In this document: piece after piece, positions 38,111-46,198 of the stretch
How positions within the stretch are numbered: the stretch's first letter is position 1
Layout of the letters: the number at the start of each line of letters is the position of its first letter
Assembly: GCA_964552755.1 (NCBI GenBank)
Contig: CAZKHX010000002.1
Span: 4,775 to 68,774, forward strand
Direction of reading: 5' to 3'
DNA: 64,000 bases
DNA from: Candidatus Micrarchaeota archaeon
GTDB lineage: Archaea; Micrarchaeota; Micrarchaeia; Anstonellales; Bilamarchaeaceae
Program-made: the position numbers and the translations under genes
Notes under the pieces: model-generated
What the model was told of the DNA's origin: nothing
The model's database searches: none
What the model saw: only the letters and a program-made list of their open reading frames with translations

Positions 38111-38580
38111 GCTGTCACCTTTTGCTTCTCCTCAGGGGGAGCCGACTTCTCCTTCGGCTCTTCCGCCTTCTTTGGCCCCTCATCTTTGGGCTTTTCCTTG
38201 GGCACCTTCATTTTTTTCTCCTCGACCTCCGCGCCCCTTTTATTAGTAACCTTGAGCTTGAGCTCCGCGGCCTTCTTCTCGATTTCCGCGCGCTTCTTCT
38301 TCCCCACCCCTCCGGCAATCCTCACCAGCTTGCCGGCCGCGGCTTCGAGCTCCGCGAGGTTGTTCACGAGCGCCTCCTCGAGCCCGGTGGGGTGCTTCCC
38401 GCGCAGCGCCTTGGGGTTCCCGTAGCCCACGCGCGGGCATGCGCCGTGCGAGGCCTTCCTTATCCTCTTCTTGTTGTCGACCCCGCGCGGCCTGCGCCAC
38501 CTCTTCTTCACCTTCCCCTTGCCTTTTTTGCCCCCTGAATTCGGGACATTGAATTTCGGGTGCGATTTCCTTTCAGCCAT
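38107..38580 (-). CDS. rpl32e: 50S ribosomal protein L32e (eL32) with K/E/P-rich C-terminal tail
   Basis: MAERKSHPKFNVPNSGGKKGKGKVKKRWRRPRGVDNKKR. ATG 38580 lies 6 nt after GAGGTG. ORF-track start 38691 runs through rpl6. Confidence 0.88.
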   Translation of the reverse strand: MAERKSHPKFNVPNSGGKKGKGKVKKRWRRPRGVDNKKRIRKASHGACPRVGYGNPKALRGKHPTGLEEALVNNLAELEAAAGKLVRIAGGVGKKKRAEIEKKAAELKLKVTNKRGAEVEEKKMKVPKEKPKDEGPKKAEEPKEKSAPPEEKQKVTA

Positions 38581-38585
38581 GAGCA

Positions 38586-39089
38586 TCACCTCTCCATATA
38601 TATGCCGTCCTGGAATATCCTGACGTCCTTCTTGCGCACCTTGGTCGCCTCGCGGATGTTCGCCGCGGTCTGTCCGACGTCTTCCTTGCACATCCCGGTG
38701 ACAGAGACGTCCTGCCCCTTCACCTGCACCTTGCAGCTGCCCTGCACCGAAGCCCTCCGCGGGTTCTTCTCGCCGAGGAAGTTCTTGATGAGCACCTCAT
38801 CGCCCTTCACCTCGAGGGTTATCGGAAAGTGCGCGTACTTTATCACGAGCTTTTTCTCAAAGCCATCGGTGACTCCCTTTGCCATGAGCTTCACGTGCGC
38901 GCGCACGGTCCCTTCCATCGCCCTGCTCTTCGCGCTCACGGCAAGCTTGTTCCCCTCGAGCCTGAGTTCCACGGGCGTGCCCCTGAACTCCCTTTCCACC
39001 TCGCCCTGCTTGCCCTTGAGCCTGAGGGTGTTCCCGGAAAGGGACGCTTCGATTCCTTCTGGGATTTCAACAGTTATCATGCTTACCAC
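38586..39089 (-). CDS. rpl6: 50S ribosomal protein L6 (uL6)
   Basis: VEIPEGIEASLSGNTLRLKGKQGEVEREF... Two-domain uL6 pattern. Operon position. Confidence 0.9.
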   Translation of the reverse strand: MVSMITVEIPEGIEASLSGNTLRLKGKQGEVEREFRGTPVELRLEGNKLAVSAKSRAMEGTVRAHVKLMAKGVTDGFEKKLVIKYAHFPITLEVKGDEVLIKNFLGEKNPRRASVQGSCKVQVKGQDVSVTGMCKEDVGQTAANIREATKVRKKDVRIFQDGIYMER

Positions 39090-39479
39090 TCAGTACACGA
39101 ACGCGAGCAGCCTTCCGCCTATCTGCTTCTTGGCCGCATCCACGTTCGTCATCACGCCCTCCGGCGTTGTCACCATGAGCATCCCCACATCGTATCCGGG
39201 GACATACCTCTCTTCCATCCTCGCCCAGTCCGCCTTCTTCACCGGGAACCTGGGCTTGATTACCCCGCAGTCATTGATGTTGCCGCTGAGGGTGACCCTG
39301 AAAAAGCCCCCCCTGTCTTCGTCAACATACTCGTACGAGGCGATGTATCCGCCTTCGTGCAGGAGGCGCAGCACCTCCCTCACCAGCTTGGAGGCCTTCA
39401 CCTCGCATGTTTTCTCTCCCTTGATTTCGTGCGTCTTCAGCGTGTTGAGCGCGTCTGCCAGCAGGTCTTTTGACATCAT
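39090..39479 (-). CDS. rps8: 30S ribosomal protein S8 (uS8)
   Basis: DLLADALNTLKTHEIKGEKTCEV...GGRLLAFVY. Confidence 0.9.
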   Translation of the reverse strand: MMSKDLLADALNTLKTHEIKGEKTCEVKASKLVREVLRLLHEGGYIASYEYVDEDRGGFFRVTLSGNINDCGVIKPRFPVKKADWARMEERYVPGYDVGMLMVTTPEGVMTNVDAAKKQIGGRLLAFVY

Positions 39480-39485
39480 TTCACC

Positions 39486-39641
39486 TCAATATTTACGGAA
39501 CCCTATCCCCTCTCCGGCTTCGCGGAAGCACCTCCTGCAAATGTAGAGGCCGTACTTCCTTATCAGCCCGCGGGCTGTTCCGCATATCCTGCACTTCCGG
39601 TTTCCCTTCCCCTTGTACCTTTCATCAGCGGGAACTTTCAT
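39486..39641 (-). CDS. rps14: 30S ribosomal protein S14 (uS14, zinc-binding type Z, 51 aa)
   Basis: [51 protein letters not shown]. Sits between rpl5 and rps8. Missed by the ORF track (<60 aa). Confidence 0.88.
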   Translation of the reverse strand: MKVPADERYKGKGNRKCRICGTARGLIRKYGLYICRRCFREAGEGIGFRKY

Positions 39642-39645
39642 CGAA

Positions 39646-40170
39646 TCACTCCACCTTGGCGCCGAGGCCCTTTGCGAACCCGATGCCCTCTTCCTTTGTA
39701 ATCATGTGGCCTTTGCCAACCCTCGACTTCCCCAGCCGCCTCTTCGCGACCGAGTAGCCCCTCCTCCCAAGCGTTACGCACACGTCAAACCCGAGCATGC
39801 CGATTTTCGGGTCGTACTTCGCGCCCGGGAAGTCGATGTATTCCGCAATCCCGAATGCGAAATTGCCGTTCTTGTCGAAGTTGCGCGCGCTCAGCAGGTT
39901 CTTCTTCGCCTGCAGCGCCTTGAGCAGGAACTCCCTCGCCATTTCGCCGCGGAGCGTGGTCTTCACCCCGATTTCCATCCCTTCGCGGAGCTTGAACGTG
40001 GGGTTGCGCCTCTTCGCGCGGGTGAGCACAACCTCTTTCCCCGCGAGCCTCCCGAGGAGCTCCTTTGCGTTGTCCAGCCCTTCTCCCGGCTGGCCGATGC
40101 CCATGTTCACGGTTACCTTCTCTATGAGTATTTCCCTCATCGGGTTTTCCTTGCCTTTCCCCTCTGCCAT
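39646..40170 (-). CDS. rpl5: 50S ribosomal protein L5 (uL5)
   Basis: [25 protein letters not shown] 40170 lies 6 nt after GGTGA. ORF-track ATG 40176 is the alternative. Confidence 0.9.
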   Translation of the reverse strand: MAEGKGKENPMREILIEKVTVNMGIGQPGEGLDNAKELLGRLAGKEVVLTRAKRRNPTFKLREGMEIGVKTTLRGEMAREFLLKALQAKKNLLSARNFDKNGNFAFGIAEYIDFPGAKYDPKIGMLGFDVCVTLGRRGYSVAKRRLGKSRVGKGHMITKEEGIGFAKGLGAKVE

Positions 40171-40172
40171 GC

Positions 40173-40868
40173 TCATTCACCCGTTACAAAGAGGTACTGC
40201 GCGAGCGTCCTGAACTCGCCGCCCCCGGTTTTCACAAGGGCTTCCGCAGGCCTCTCTCCCTTTGAGGGGAACAGCTTCATTATCTCCGCCTCCAGCCCGG
40301 CGTGCTTGCCGTCCGTGATGAGGCATTTCGCATTGACCCCAAACTTCATAAGCTGGGCTATCTTGCCTTCCCTGAGCGAGAACTTCACCGAGTCGCCCAC
40401 GCGCACGTTGTTGTCCGCCAGCACATTTCTGCCGTCGTGGAAGGTGACCGCGACCCTGCCCTTCCCGTTCACGTCCTTGCGCGTCACCTTGAGCAGCTTC
40501 TCCCCCGCATCCGCGGAGGTCGCCTCAACGGGCTTCAGCCGCCCCTTCGCGGTAATCGTAATGCGGTAGTAGAGCTCCGCCTCCGGGAGCGAAACCACGT
40601 CCTGGAAGCCCACTGGGTACTTTTCGTCGGTGCGCACCTTGCCGTCGACCTGCACCTTCCTCGCGGAAAGCAGGAGCCTTGACTCCCTTTTTGTTTCCAC
40701 GATGCCGAGCACGTCCCTGAGCAGCGCGCCTAGCGCTATGCTCCTCCTCTGCGGATGCGTGCCCGCGCCCGGCCTGATTATCCAGGTCCTTTCCTTCTTG
40801 TCATGCACGGGCACGGACTTTGAAACCGCGGCCCTCTTGAGCGTTGTTCTTTTGCCCCTTTTTCCCAT
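40173..40868 (-). CDS. rps4e: 30S ribosomal protein S4e (eS4)
   Basis: MGKRGKRTTLKRAAVSKSVPVHDKK...KOW-containing eS4 layout. ATG 40868 lies 5 nt after AGGGTGA. Confidence 0.9.
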   Translation of the reverse strand: MGKRGKRTTLKRAAVSKSVPVHDKKERTWIIRPGAGTHPQRRSIALGALLRDVLGIVETKRESRLLLSARKVQVDGKVRTDEKYPVGFQDVVSLPEAELYYRITITAKGRLKPVEATSADAGEKLLKVTRKDVNGKGRVAVTFHDGRNVLADNNVRVGDSVKFSLREGKIAQLMKFGVNAKCLITDGKHAGLEAEIMKLFPSKGERPAEALVKTGGGEFRTLAQYLFVTGE

Positions 40869-40873
40869 ACAGT

Positions 40874-41200
40874 TCACCCTTTAGGCTTCTTCCTCTCCTT
40901 CAGCGCAGTGATCATGAGGTTTGACGGTTCGAACGGCACGAGCGCTTCCACGCCGCGGGCGTTCCTCTGGCTTATCCCCTCGAGGTACACCATCCTCTTG
41001 AGGTGGCTCACGCGCATTACTTTCGCGCCCTTGCCCTTGTGGTCGCCGCGCAATACCTTCACGCTGTCGCCCTTGCCTATGAGCGCTGAGCGCATTTTCT
41101 TTTCGCCCCTCGCCTCCTTCGCGACGTGCACGCGCATGTGCGCCTTCTTCTGGTGCAGCTTTGCGCCGTACCTCTTCCGCCTTTCCCGTTTCCTCTTCAT
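40874..41200 (-). CDS. rpl24: 50S ribosomal protein L24 (uL24)
   Basis: KOW motif GDSVKVLRGDHKGKGAKVMRV. Confidence 0.9.
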   Translation of the reverse strand: MKRKRERRKRYGAKLHQKKAHMRVHVAKEARGEKKMRSALIGKGDSVKVLRGDHKGKGAKVMRVSHLKRMVYLEGISQRNARGVEALVPFEPSNLMITALKERKKPKG

Positions 41201-41202
41201 GA

Positions 41203-41601
41203 TTATACGACCCCCGGCGCGATTGCCGCTACCTTTGGGAACTTTTCCGCGACCTCCTTTGCAATCACTCCCTTGATTTCGGTTGCGACCGGGAGGTTCT
41301 CCTCGTTTATCAGTATCGCCGCGTTGTCCTCGAAGGAAATCCTGAGGCCGTTTGCCCTGCGGAATTCCTTCTTCTGCCTTATCACGACCGCGCGGACCTT
41401 CTTCTTCACCATGTCCGGATTGCCCTTCTTCACCGCGCCGATGAATATTGTGGAAATGCCTGCCGCGGGGTTCCTCCCGCGAGTGCCCTTGTACCCGATT
41501 ACACCGATTATCTCAACCTCCCTTGCGCCGCTGTTGTCGTGGCAGAGCAGCCTGCTGCCGAGCGTGAGCCCCTTGGTTAGCTTGCTTGCTACGCCCTTCA
41601 T
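41203..41601 (-). CDS. rpl14: 50S ribosomal protein L14 (uL14)
   Basis: LLCHDNSGAREVEIIGVIGYKG...KKKVRAVVIRQKKEFRR. Confidence 0.92.
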   Translation of the reverse strand: MKGVASKLTKGLTLGSRLLCHDNSGAREVEIIGVIGYKGTRGRNPAAGISTIFIGAVKKGNPDMVKKKVRAVVIRQKKEFRRANGLRISFEDNAAILINEENLPVATEIKGVIAKEVAEKFPKVAAIAPGVV

Positions 41602-41900
41602 TCCCCCTCACCTTTCTTCAGCACGTCCGTGACGGCCCAGGCCTTTGTCCTGCTTATCTTCCTGCACTCGCGGATGCGCACGGTGTCGCCTACCTCCACG
41701 CCCATGCATTCCGGGCAGTGTGCCTGCACCTTGGACCTGCTCTTCGCGTACCTCTTGTACTTCGTGATCTTCTTCATCATGGGCCGCTCCACCACTATGG
41801 TGTGCTTTGCCTTTGCGCTCACCACCTTGCCGGTGATGGACGCCCCCCGGATGGAAAGGGTCCCATGAACATGACAGTTCTTGTCATTGCATTCCGCCAT
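41598..41900 (-). CDS. rps17: 30S ribosomal protein S17 (uS17)
   Basis: MAECNDKNCHVHGTLSIRGASITGKVVSAKAKHTIVVERP. ATG 41900 lies 5 nt after AGGTG. ORF-track TTG 41924 overlaps the SUI1 gene. Confidence 0.88.
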   Translation of the reverse strand: MAECNDKNCHVHGTLSIRGASITGKVVSAKAKHTIVVERPMMKKITKYKRYAKSRSKVQAHCPECMGVEVGDTVRIRECRKISRTKAWAVTDVLKKGEGE

Positions 41901-41916
41901 ACAAACACCTATTTTC

Positions 41917-42222
41917 TCATTCAACCTCGATGTGCTCAGCCGGGTAGCCGAGCTTTGTGAGTATGCCCCTTATCTTCTTCTTGTGGTCTCCCTGCAGCAC
42001 GACGAGCCCGTCCTTGGCGCTCCCGCCGCACGCGAGGCTCTGCTTCAGCTGCTTCGCGGTGTCATCCACGTTGTTCTTGTCAATGCCTTCCACAATCGTC
42101 ACCAGCTTCCTGAACTTCTTTTTCGTGGTATACACCCGTATCTTCCTTACCTCTTCCTTGTCAAGGATCTCGCATACGCAAAGGTCCTTGATCATTCCGC
42201 ATTTCTTGCATATCTCAGCCAA
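41917..42222 (-). CDS. Translation initiation factor aSUI1 (eIF1 homolog)
   Basis: CGMIKDLCVC N-terminal Zn-knuckle-like segment, then KIRVYTTKKKFRKLVTIVEGID...ACGGSAKDGLVVLQGDH, typical of the SUI1 fold. Confidence 0.85.
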   Translation of the reverse strand: MAEICKKCGMIKDLCVCEILDKEEVRKIRVYTTKKKFRKLVTIVEGIDKNNVDDTAKQLKQSLACGGSAKDGLVVLQGDHKKKIRGILTKLGYPAEHIEVE

Positions 42223-42406
42223 CCTTCTTCACCTCATTTCTTTCGTTGAGCACTGTCTTTATGCGGGCGATTGCCTTCCTTATGTTGCCCGCCTTCTTCG
42301 GGTTGTTCTCGACGCCGACGAGCATTTCCGACTTCAGCTCCTCCAGCTTCTTCCGGAGCTCCTCATCGGAAAGCGCCCTAACGTCCTTTGCCTTCAGTAC
42401 CGCCAT
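42215..42406 (-). CDS. rpl29: 50S ribosomal protein L29 (uL29)
   Basis: MAVLKAKDVRALSDEELRKKLEELKSEM. Confidence 0.9.
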   Translation of the reverse strand: MAVLKAKDVRALSDEELRKKLEELKSEMLVGVENNPKKAGNIRKAIARIKTVLNERNEVKKVG

Positions 42407-42410
42407 GTCC

Positions 42411-43031
42411 TCACCTCAGCTTGGTGGGCATCACCACTGCCTCCACCTGCGGCTTGTCCGGGAACTGCGTGCCCGGCGGGGCGATCCTCACCAGTATGCC
42501 GATGATGCCCGACTTGGTGTTCGCCGCCACGTGCGATTCGCGCACAAGCCTCGCGGGCTCGCCCGCCTTGGGGACGTAGCCGACGGAGACCCTCAGCGTC
42601 CTCGCCTTCGCGCCCTTTGCGCCCAGCTTGCCGGAGGCGACGATTTCCGCGCCGATTGCGCCGTTGCGGATGATGTCCCTGAGCAGGAAGTGCAGCACGG
42701 AGCGCACCTTCTTGCCCATCTCGATGTACTTTGCCGCCTTCTTCGCTACGAGGCGCGGCTCGAGCGTCGGGTTCCTGGACTCCACCACGCTTATCTGCGG
42801 GTTCTCCAGCCCGAACTTGTTCTTCAGAAGCTCGGTGAGCCGGTTGATGGTCTTCCCCTTCTTCCCGATAACCCTGCCGGGGTTGAGCACCTCTATGGAG
42901 ATCCTCGTCACAACTGGGGTCCTCTGTATCTCTATGTTCGCAACCCCTGCGCGGTCGAGCTCCTGCTCCAGGAATTTCATTATCTTGTACTTTTCAATCG
43001 GGTTCTGGATGAACTTTTTCTCAATTGCCAT
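42411..43031 (-). CDS. rps3: 30S ribosomal protein S3 (uS3)
   Basis: KH domain KFLEQELDRAGVANIEIQRTPVVTRISIEVLNPGRVIGKKGKTI. Confidence 0.92.
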   Translation of the reverse strand: MAIEKKFIQNPIEKYKIMKFLEQELDRAGVANIEIQRTPVVTRISIEVLNPGRVIGKKGKTINRLTELLKNKFGLENPQISVVESRNPTLEPRLVAKKAAKYIEMGKKVRSVLHFLLRDIIRNGAIGAEIVASGKLGAKGAKARTLRVSVGYVPKAGEPARLVRESHVAANTKSGIIGILVRIAPPGTQFPDKPQVEAVVMPTKLR

Positions 43032-43039
43032 CGCAACAC

Positions 43040-43906
43040 CTACATCTTCTTGGGCGGGTCCCTCCTCTTCGGCCTCTCCCTTGGCTTCGGCGCCCTCACG
43101 GGCTTCTGTGCCTTGCCCTTCTTCGCGTCCTTCTTTTCCTCCTCTTCCTTCCCCGCTTCAGTCGCCTTCAGTCGCTCCCGCTCCAACAGGACAGCTTCGC
43201 TGTCCTTCGGCTCCAACGCGCCAGGCTCCTGTCGCTCAGCCGGCTCCTCCCCCTTCACTTCCGCCTTCGGAACCTTTTTTGGAGCTTCAGGTGCCTTTGC
43301 CTCAGCCGGCTTCTCGGCCTTTGGCGCTTCCGGCGCCTTCTTCACCTCAGGTGCAGGCGCTTTCACTTCAGGTTTCGCCGCTTCCTTTGGTTTCTCTGCC
43401 GAGGCCTTAACCTCAGGCTTCTTCACTTCCGCCCTTGGCTTTATCGCCGGCCTTTTCGCGCCCTCCTTCTCCTTGAGCACGATTTCCACGCGCGCGGTCT
43501 CGAACCTCTGCGCCGAGCGCCTCCCCTTTGCCGCAAGCCGTGGGTAGGAGTTCTTCTTGTTCGCGCACGCATGCTCCACGACCAGCTCCTCGCTGAGCCC
43601 CTTCGCCTGCGCGTTCGCGAGCGCGCTCTTCAGCACCTTGAGCACGATGCGGGAGCACTTCTTCGGCCAGCGGCCCTTCCTGCCGCCGAGCTCCCTGCGG
43701 TGCGCCATGCGCTTGTTGTGCCCCCTGAACCTGAGGGGGATTTCACCCTTCTCGGCTTTCTCCAGCAGGTCAACCGCCCAGTTCGCATTCCGGCTGCGGA
43801 TGTTGCCGCAGACCTCCGCAAGGTCCTTGAAGGATGCGTTGACGTTCTCTGCACGCGCAAACGCGAAATCCGCTTCCTTCCCTTTTGGTATGTCGTAGGA
43901 GTACAT
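43040..43906 (-). CDS. rpl22: 50S ribosomal protein L22 (uL22) with about 130-aa K/E/A/P-rich C-terminal extension containing repeat copy A3
   Basis: Core ARAENVNASFKDLAEVCGNIRSRNANWAVDLLEK...VVEHACANKKNSYPR. Extension ...KKPEVKASAEKPKEAAKPEVKAPAPEVKK...AERQEPGALEPKDSEAVLLERERLKA... Confidence 0.9.
   Translation of the reverse strand: MYSYDIPKGKEADFAFARAENVNASFKDLAEVCGNIRSRNANWAVDLLEKAEKGEIPLRFRGHNKRMAHRRELGGRKGRWPKKCSRIVLKVLKSALANAQAKGLSEELVVEHACANKKNSYPRLAAKGRRSAQRFETARVEIVLKEKEGAKRPAIKPRAEVKKPEVKASAEKPKEAAKPEVKAPAPEVKKAPEAPKAEKPAEAKAPEAPKKVPKAEVKGEEPAERQEPGALEPKDSEAVLLERERLKATEAGKEEEEKKDAKKGKAQKPVRAPKPRERPKRRDPPKKM
43155..43265. repeat. Family-A repeat, copy A3 (in frame inside rpl22)
   Basis: Perfect 10-nt tandem CTTCAGTCGC x2 (43156-43175). 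Core at 43168-43178. Hairpin at 43189-43205. 75 of 78 identity to copy A2. Confidence 0.8.
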
Positions 43907-43915
43907 TTTCCAACC

Positions 43916-44317
43916 TCACTTGAGGGGCACGAACTTGGAACCCCTTGTAGCCCCTACGCCGGGGCCGGAGTGCAGCACCCTCCCGGTGCTGTGGGCGAAA
44001 TCGCCCAGCCGCCTTCCGAGCATCCTCACCGTTATCTCTATTTCCTTGAACTGCTTGCCGTTGTAGACCGCGAACTTCATGCCGAGCCATTCGGGCAGGA
44101 TTACCGCCTCGCGCGCATGCGTGCGTATCACTTTGCCGCTGGCCCCCGCCTCCTTCAGCTTGCGCACCTTGTCCACGAGCTTCTTGAAGGTGGGGTTCTG
44201 CTTTATGCGCAGCATGGTCCTTCTTTCCCTGGAGGTGAGCATGGGCAGGAACTCCTCTATCCCCACACCCTTCATCTCTTCTTCGGTTTTTCCCCTGAAA
44301 GTTTCCTTCCTGACCAT
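43916..44317 (-). CDS. rps19: 30S ribosomal protein S19 (uS19)
   Basis: FAVYNGKQFKEIEITVRMLGRRLGDFAHST. Confidence 0.92.
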   Translation of the reverse strand: MVRKETFRGKTEEEMKGVGIEEFLPMLTSRERRTMLRIKQNPTFKKLVDKVRKLKEAGASGKVIRTHAREAVILPEWLGMKFAVYNGKQFKEIEITVRMLGRRLGDFAHSTGRVLHSGPGVGATRGSKFVPLK

Positions 44318-44323
44318 TCAAAT

Positions 44324-45058
44324 TCACCCTTTGGATTTCTTCCTCCCGGTCCTCTTCGAGGCTATGTGCCCGACCTTCCTCCCGGGCGGGGCGCCCCTCG
44401 CCACGGAGCTGGACCTGCCCTTGTGGTGCTGCTTGCCTCCGTACGGGTGGTCATATGCGCTCATCGCGACCCCCCTCACCTTCGGCCATGAGCTCCTGCT
44501 CTTCGCCTTGTGCTTGTGGAACGCCTTGCCTGCCTTGAGCAGCGGCTTGTCCGTCTTCCCGCCTCCGTTGATTATGCCCACCTGGGCGCGGCCTTCGGAA
44601 GAAACGGTAATCACCTTCCTGCTCGGGAGCTTCACGTATGCAACCCCCCTCTCCTTGGAAACGAGTATCCCGAAGGAGCCCGGCGCCTTCACCATCTTGC
44701 CTCCGTCCCCGGGCCTCTTCTCTATATTGTAAATATAAGTGCCGTCCGGTATCCTGTAGATTGGGAGCACGTTGCCGATTGCAACCTTTGCCTGCACGCC
44801 CTGCTCAACGCAGTCGCCCTTCGCGATGCCCTCGGGCGCGAGCAGGTAGCCTTCCTCCTCGTTGTCGTACTTCACCTTCATGAGCAGCGCCTCGCGCGCC
44901 GGGTCGTCGACAAAGCCGGTGACCTGTGCCCTGAGCATCCCCGCCTGCTCGATGTCGTCGTAGCCCCTGTACGCAAGCCTGACCTTGTACCTCTTTTTCG
45001 GTGAGCGGTACTTCGGCCTTCCGCCGCCCCTTCTCTGAGATTTGAGCCTCTTTCCCAT
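44324..45058 (-). CDS. rpl2: 50S ribosomal protein L2 (uL2)
   Basis: GRPKYRSPKKRY..., WPKVRGVAMSAYDHPYGGKQHH. Confidence 0.93.
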   Translation of the reverse strand: MGKRLKSQRRGGGRPKYRSPKKRYKVRLAYRGYDDIEQAGMLRAQVTGFVDDPAREALLMKVKYDNEEEGYLLAPEGIAKGDCVEQGVQAKVAIGNVLPIYRIPDGTYIYNIEKRPGDGGKMVKAPGSFGILVSKERGVAYVKLPSRKVITVSSEGRAQVGIINGGGKTDKPLLKAGKAFHKHKAKSRSSWPKVRGVAMSAYDHPYGGKQHHKGRSSSVARGAPPGRKVGHIASKRTGRKKSKG

Positions 45059-45067
45059 TCAGAACAC

Positions 45068-45316
45068 CTATGCCATCTTAAGTTTTGAGGAAATGTCCTC
45101 GGCCTTGTGGCCCTCAGCAAGCTTCACTACCGCGCGCTTCTGCCCCGTTGCGGTGATGTATGTCTTCACTGATGCGACCTTCACCCCGAAAGCCTTCTCC
45201 ACCGCCTCGCGGATCTGGCTCTTGGTCGCCCTGTTCTCCACCCTGAAGGTGATTTTGTTCTCGAACTCTATCTTGCCGATTGCCTTCTCGGTCTTTATCG
45301 GTTCCATGAGCGCCAT
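45068..45316 (-). CDS. rpl23: 50S ribosomal protein L23 (uL23)
   Basis: IKTEKAIGKIEFENKITFRVENRATKSQIREAVEKAFGVKV. Confidence 0.9.
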   Translation of the reverse strand: MALMEPIKTEKAIGKIEFENKITFRVENRATKSQIREAVEKAFGVKVASVKTYITATGQKRAVVKLAEGHKAEDISSKLKMA

Positions 45317-46099
45317 TCACCACACCTCCGCAACGCGCTTCAGCGCGCTCTCCGTGTATACCGTAAGCCTCCCCGCATGCGTCCCCGGGGCGAGCATCTT
45401 CACCTTGAGGTCCTCGGCCTTCACCACGTTGACTCCGGCCAGGTTCCTCGCTGACTTCAGCGCGCCGCCTCCCGCAACAACCACGAGCACGGACTTCGCG
45501 CACTTTGTGCCCGCCTTCCTGCAGCGGGTGCCGCTCCTGCTCTTCCTGCTCGACTTGGCCCTCTCGAGGTCCTTGCCGACAAGCTTCGCAAGCGCCGCAA
45601 GCATCTCCTTTGTCTTTGAAATCTTCTCAAGGCCGTCTTCGACCACGAGCGGGAGTGCGCCTTCGTATGAGTGGCCCCTTGAGGAAACGAGCTCCGGCCT
45701 TGCGGTAGCCGCAATTGCGCTCCTCATGGCCTTCCTGTATTCCTTCCTGTTCATCCTCTCCACTAGCTTCTTCTCCACCTTCGGGGGGTGCGCCCTGCGG
45801 CCCTTCACCGCGGAGGGGATCCTCTTCACTTTCCCCCACCCGCCTTCGGGGCGGACTTCGCGGGGCAGCATCGCCTGGCCGCGGTTCTTCAGGGAGCCGT
45901 ATGCCTCCTTCCTCCCGCGGTATTTCGCGGAGGTCTCAAGGCCCGCGTACTTGAACGCACCCTGCGGCTGGTATTCCCTGCTTTCGTCCGAAAGCACGGC
46001 GCGGCGGATTAGCTCCTCGCGCACATCCTCGTTGAATGCGGAAGGCAGCTCAACCTTGCCCTTTGCCTTCCCGTCCAGAGAGTAAACGTCAGCGTCCAT
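45317..46099 (-). CDS. rpl4: 50S ribosomal protein L4 (uL4)
   Basis: MDADVYSLDGKAKGKVELPSAF...YRGRKEAYGSLKNRGQAMLPR. AGGTG upstream of the ATG. Confidence 0.9.
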   Translation of the reverse strand: MDADVYSLDGKAKGKVELPSAFNEDVREELIRRAVLSDESREYQPQGAFKYAGLETSAKYRGRKEAYGSLKNRGQAMLPREVRPEGGWGKVKRIPSAVKGRRAHPPKVEKKLVERMNRKEYRKAMRSAIAATARPELVSSRGHSYEGALPLVVEDGLEKISKTKEMLAALAKLVGKDLERAKSSRKSRSGTRCRKAGTKCAKSVLVVVAGGGALKSARNLAGVNVVKAEDLKVKMLAPGTHAGRLTVYTESALKRVAEVW

Positions 46100-46102
46100 T
46101 CA

Positions 46103-46195
46103 TCACACCTTCGATTGCCCGCTTTTGTCTTTCGTCCTGCTTCGGGCAAAAGCAGGCGCGCAAAACCCTGAGGAACAACAATTCTTCCCGTCCAT
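46103..46195 (-). CDS. Possible 30-aa micro-ORF created by the junction duplication
   Basis: MDGKNCCSSGFCAPAFARSRTKDKSGQSKV*. It uses the duplicated rpl4 SD and ATG and ends at the duplicated rpl3 stop. Coding status is doubtful. Confidence 0.2.
   Translation of the reverse strand: MDGKNCCSSGFCAPAFARSRTKDKSGQSKV
46118..46170. repeat. Family-B structured repeat, copy B2 (inside the rpl3-rpl4 insert, opposite orientation to B1)
   Basis: Minus strand reads CAGGGTTTTGCGCGCCTGCTTTTGCCCGAAGCAGG...GACAAAAGCGGGC. CCTGCTT/AAGCAGG stem. Confidence 0.6.
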
Positions 46196-46198
46196 CCG

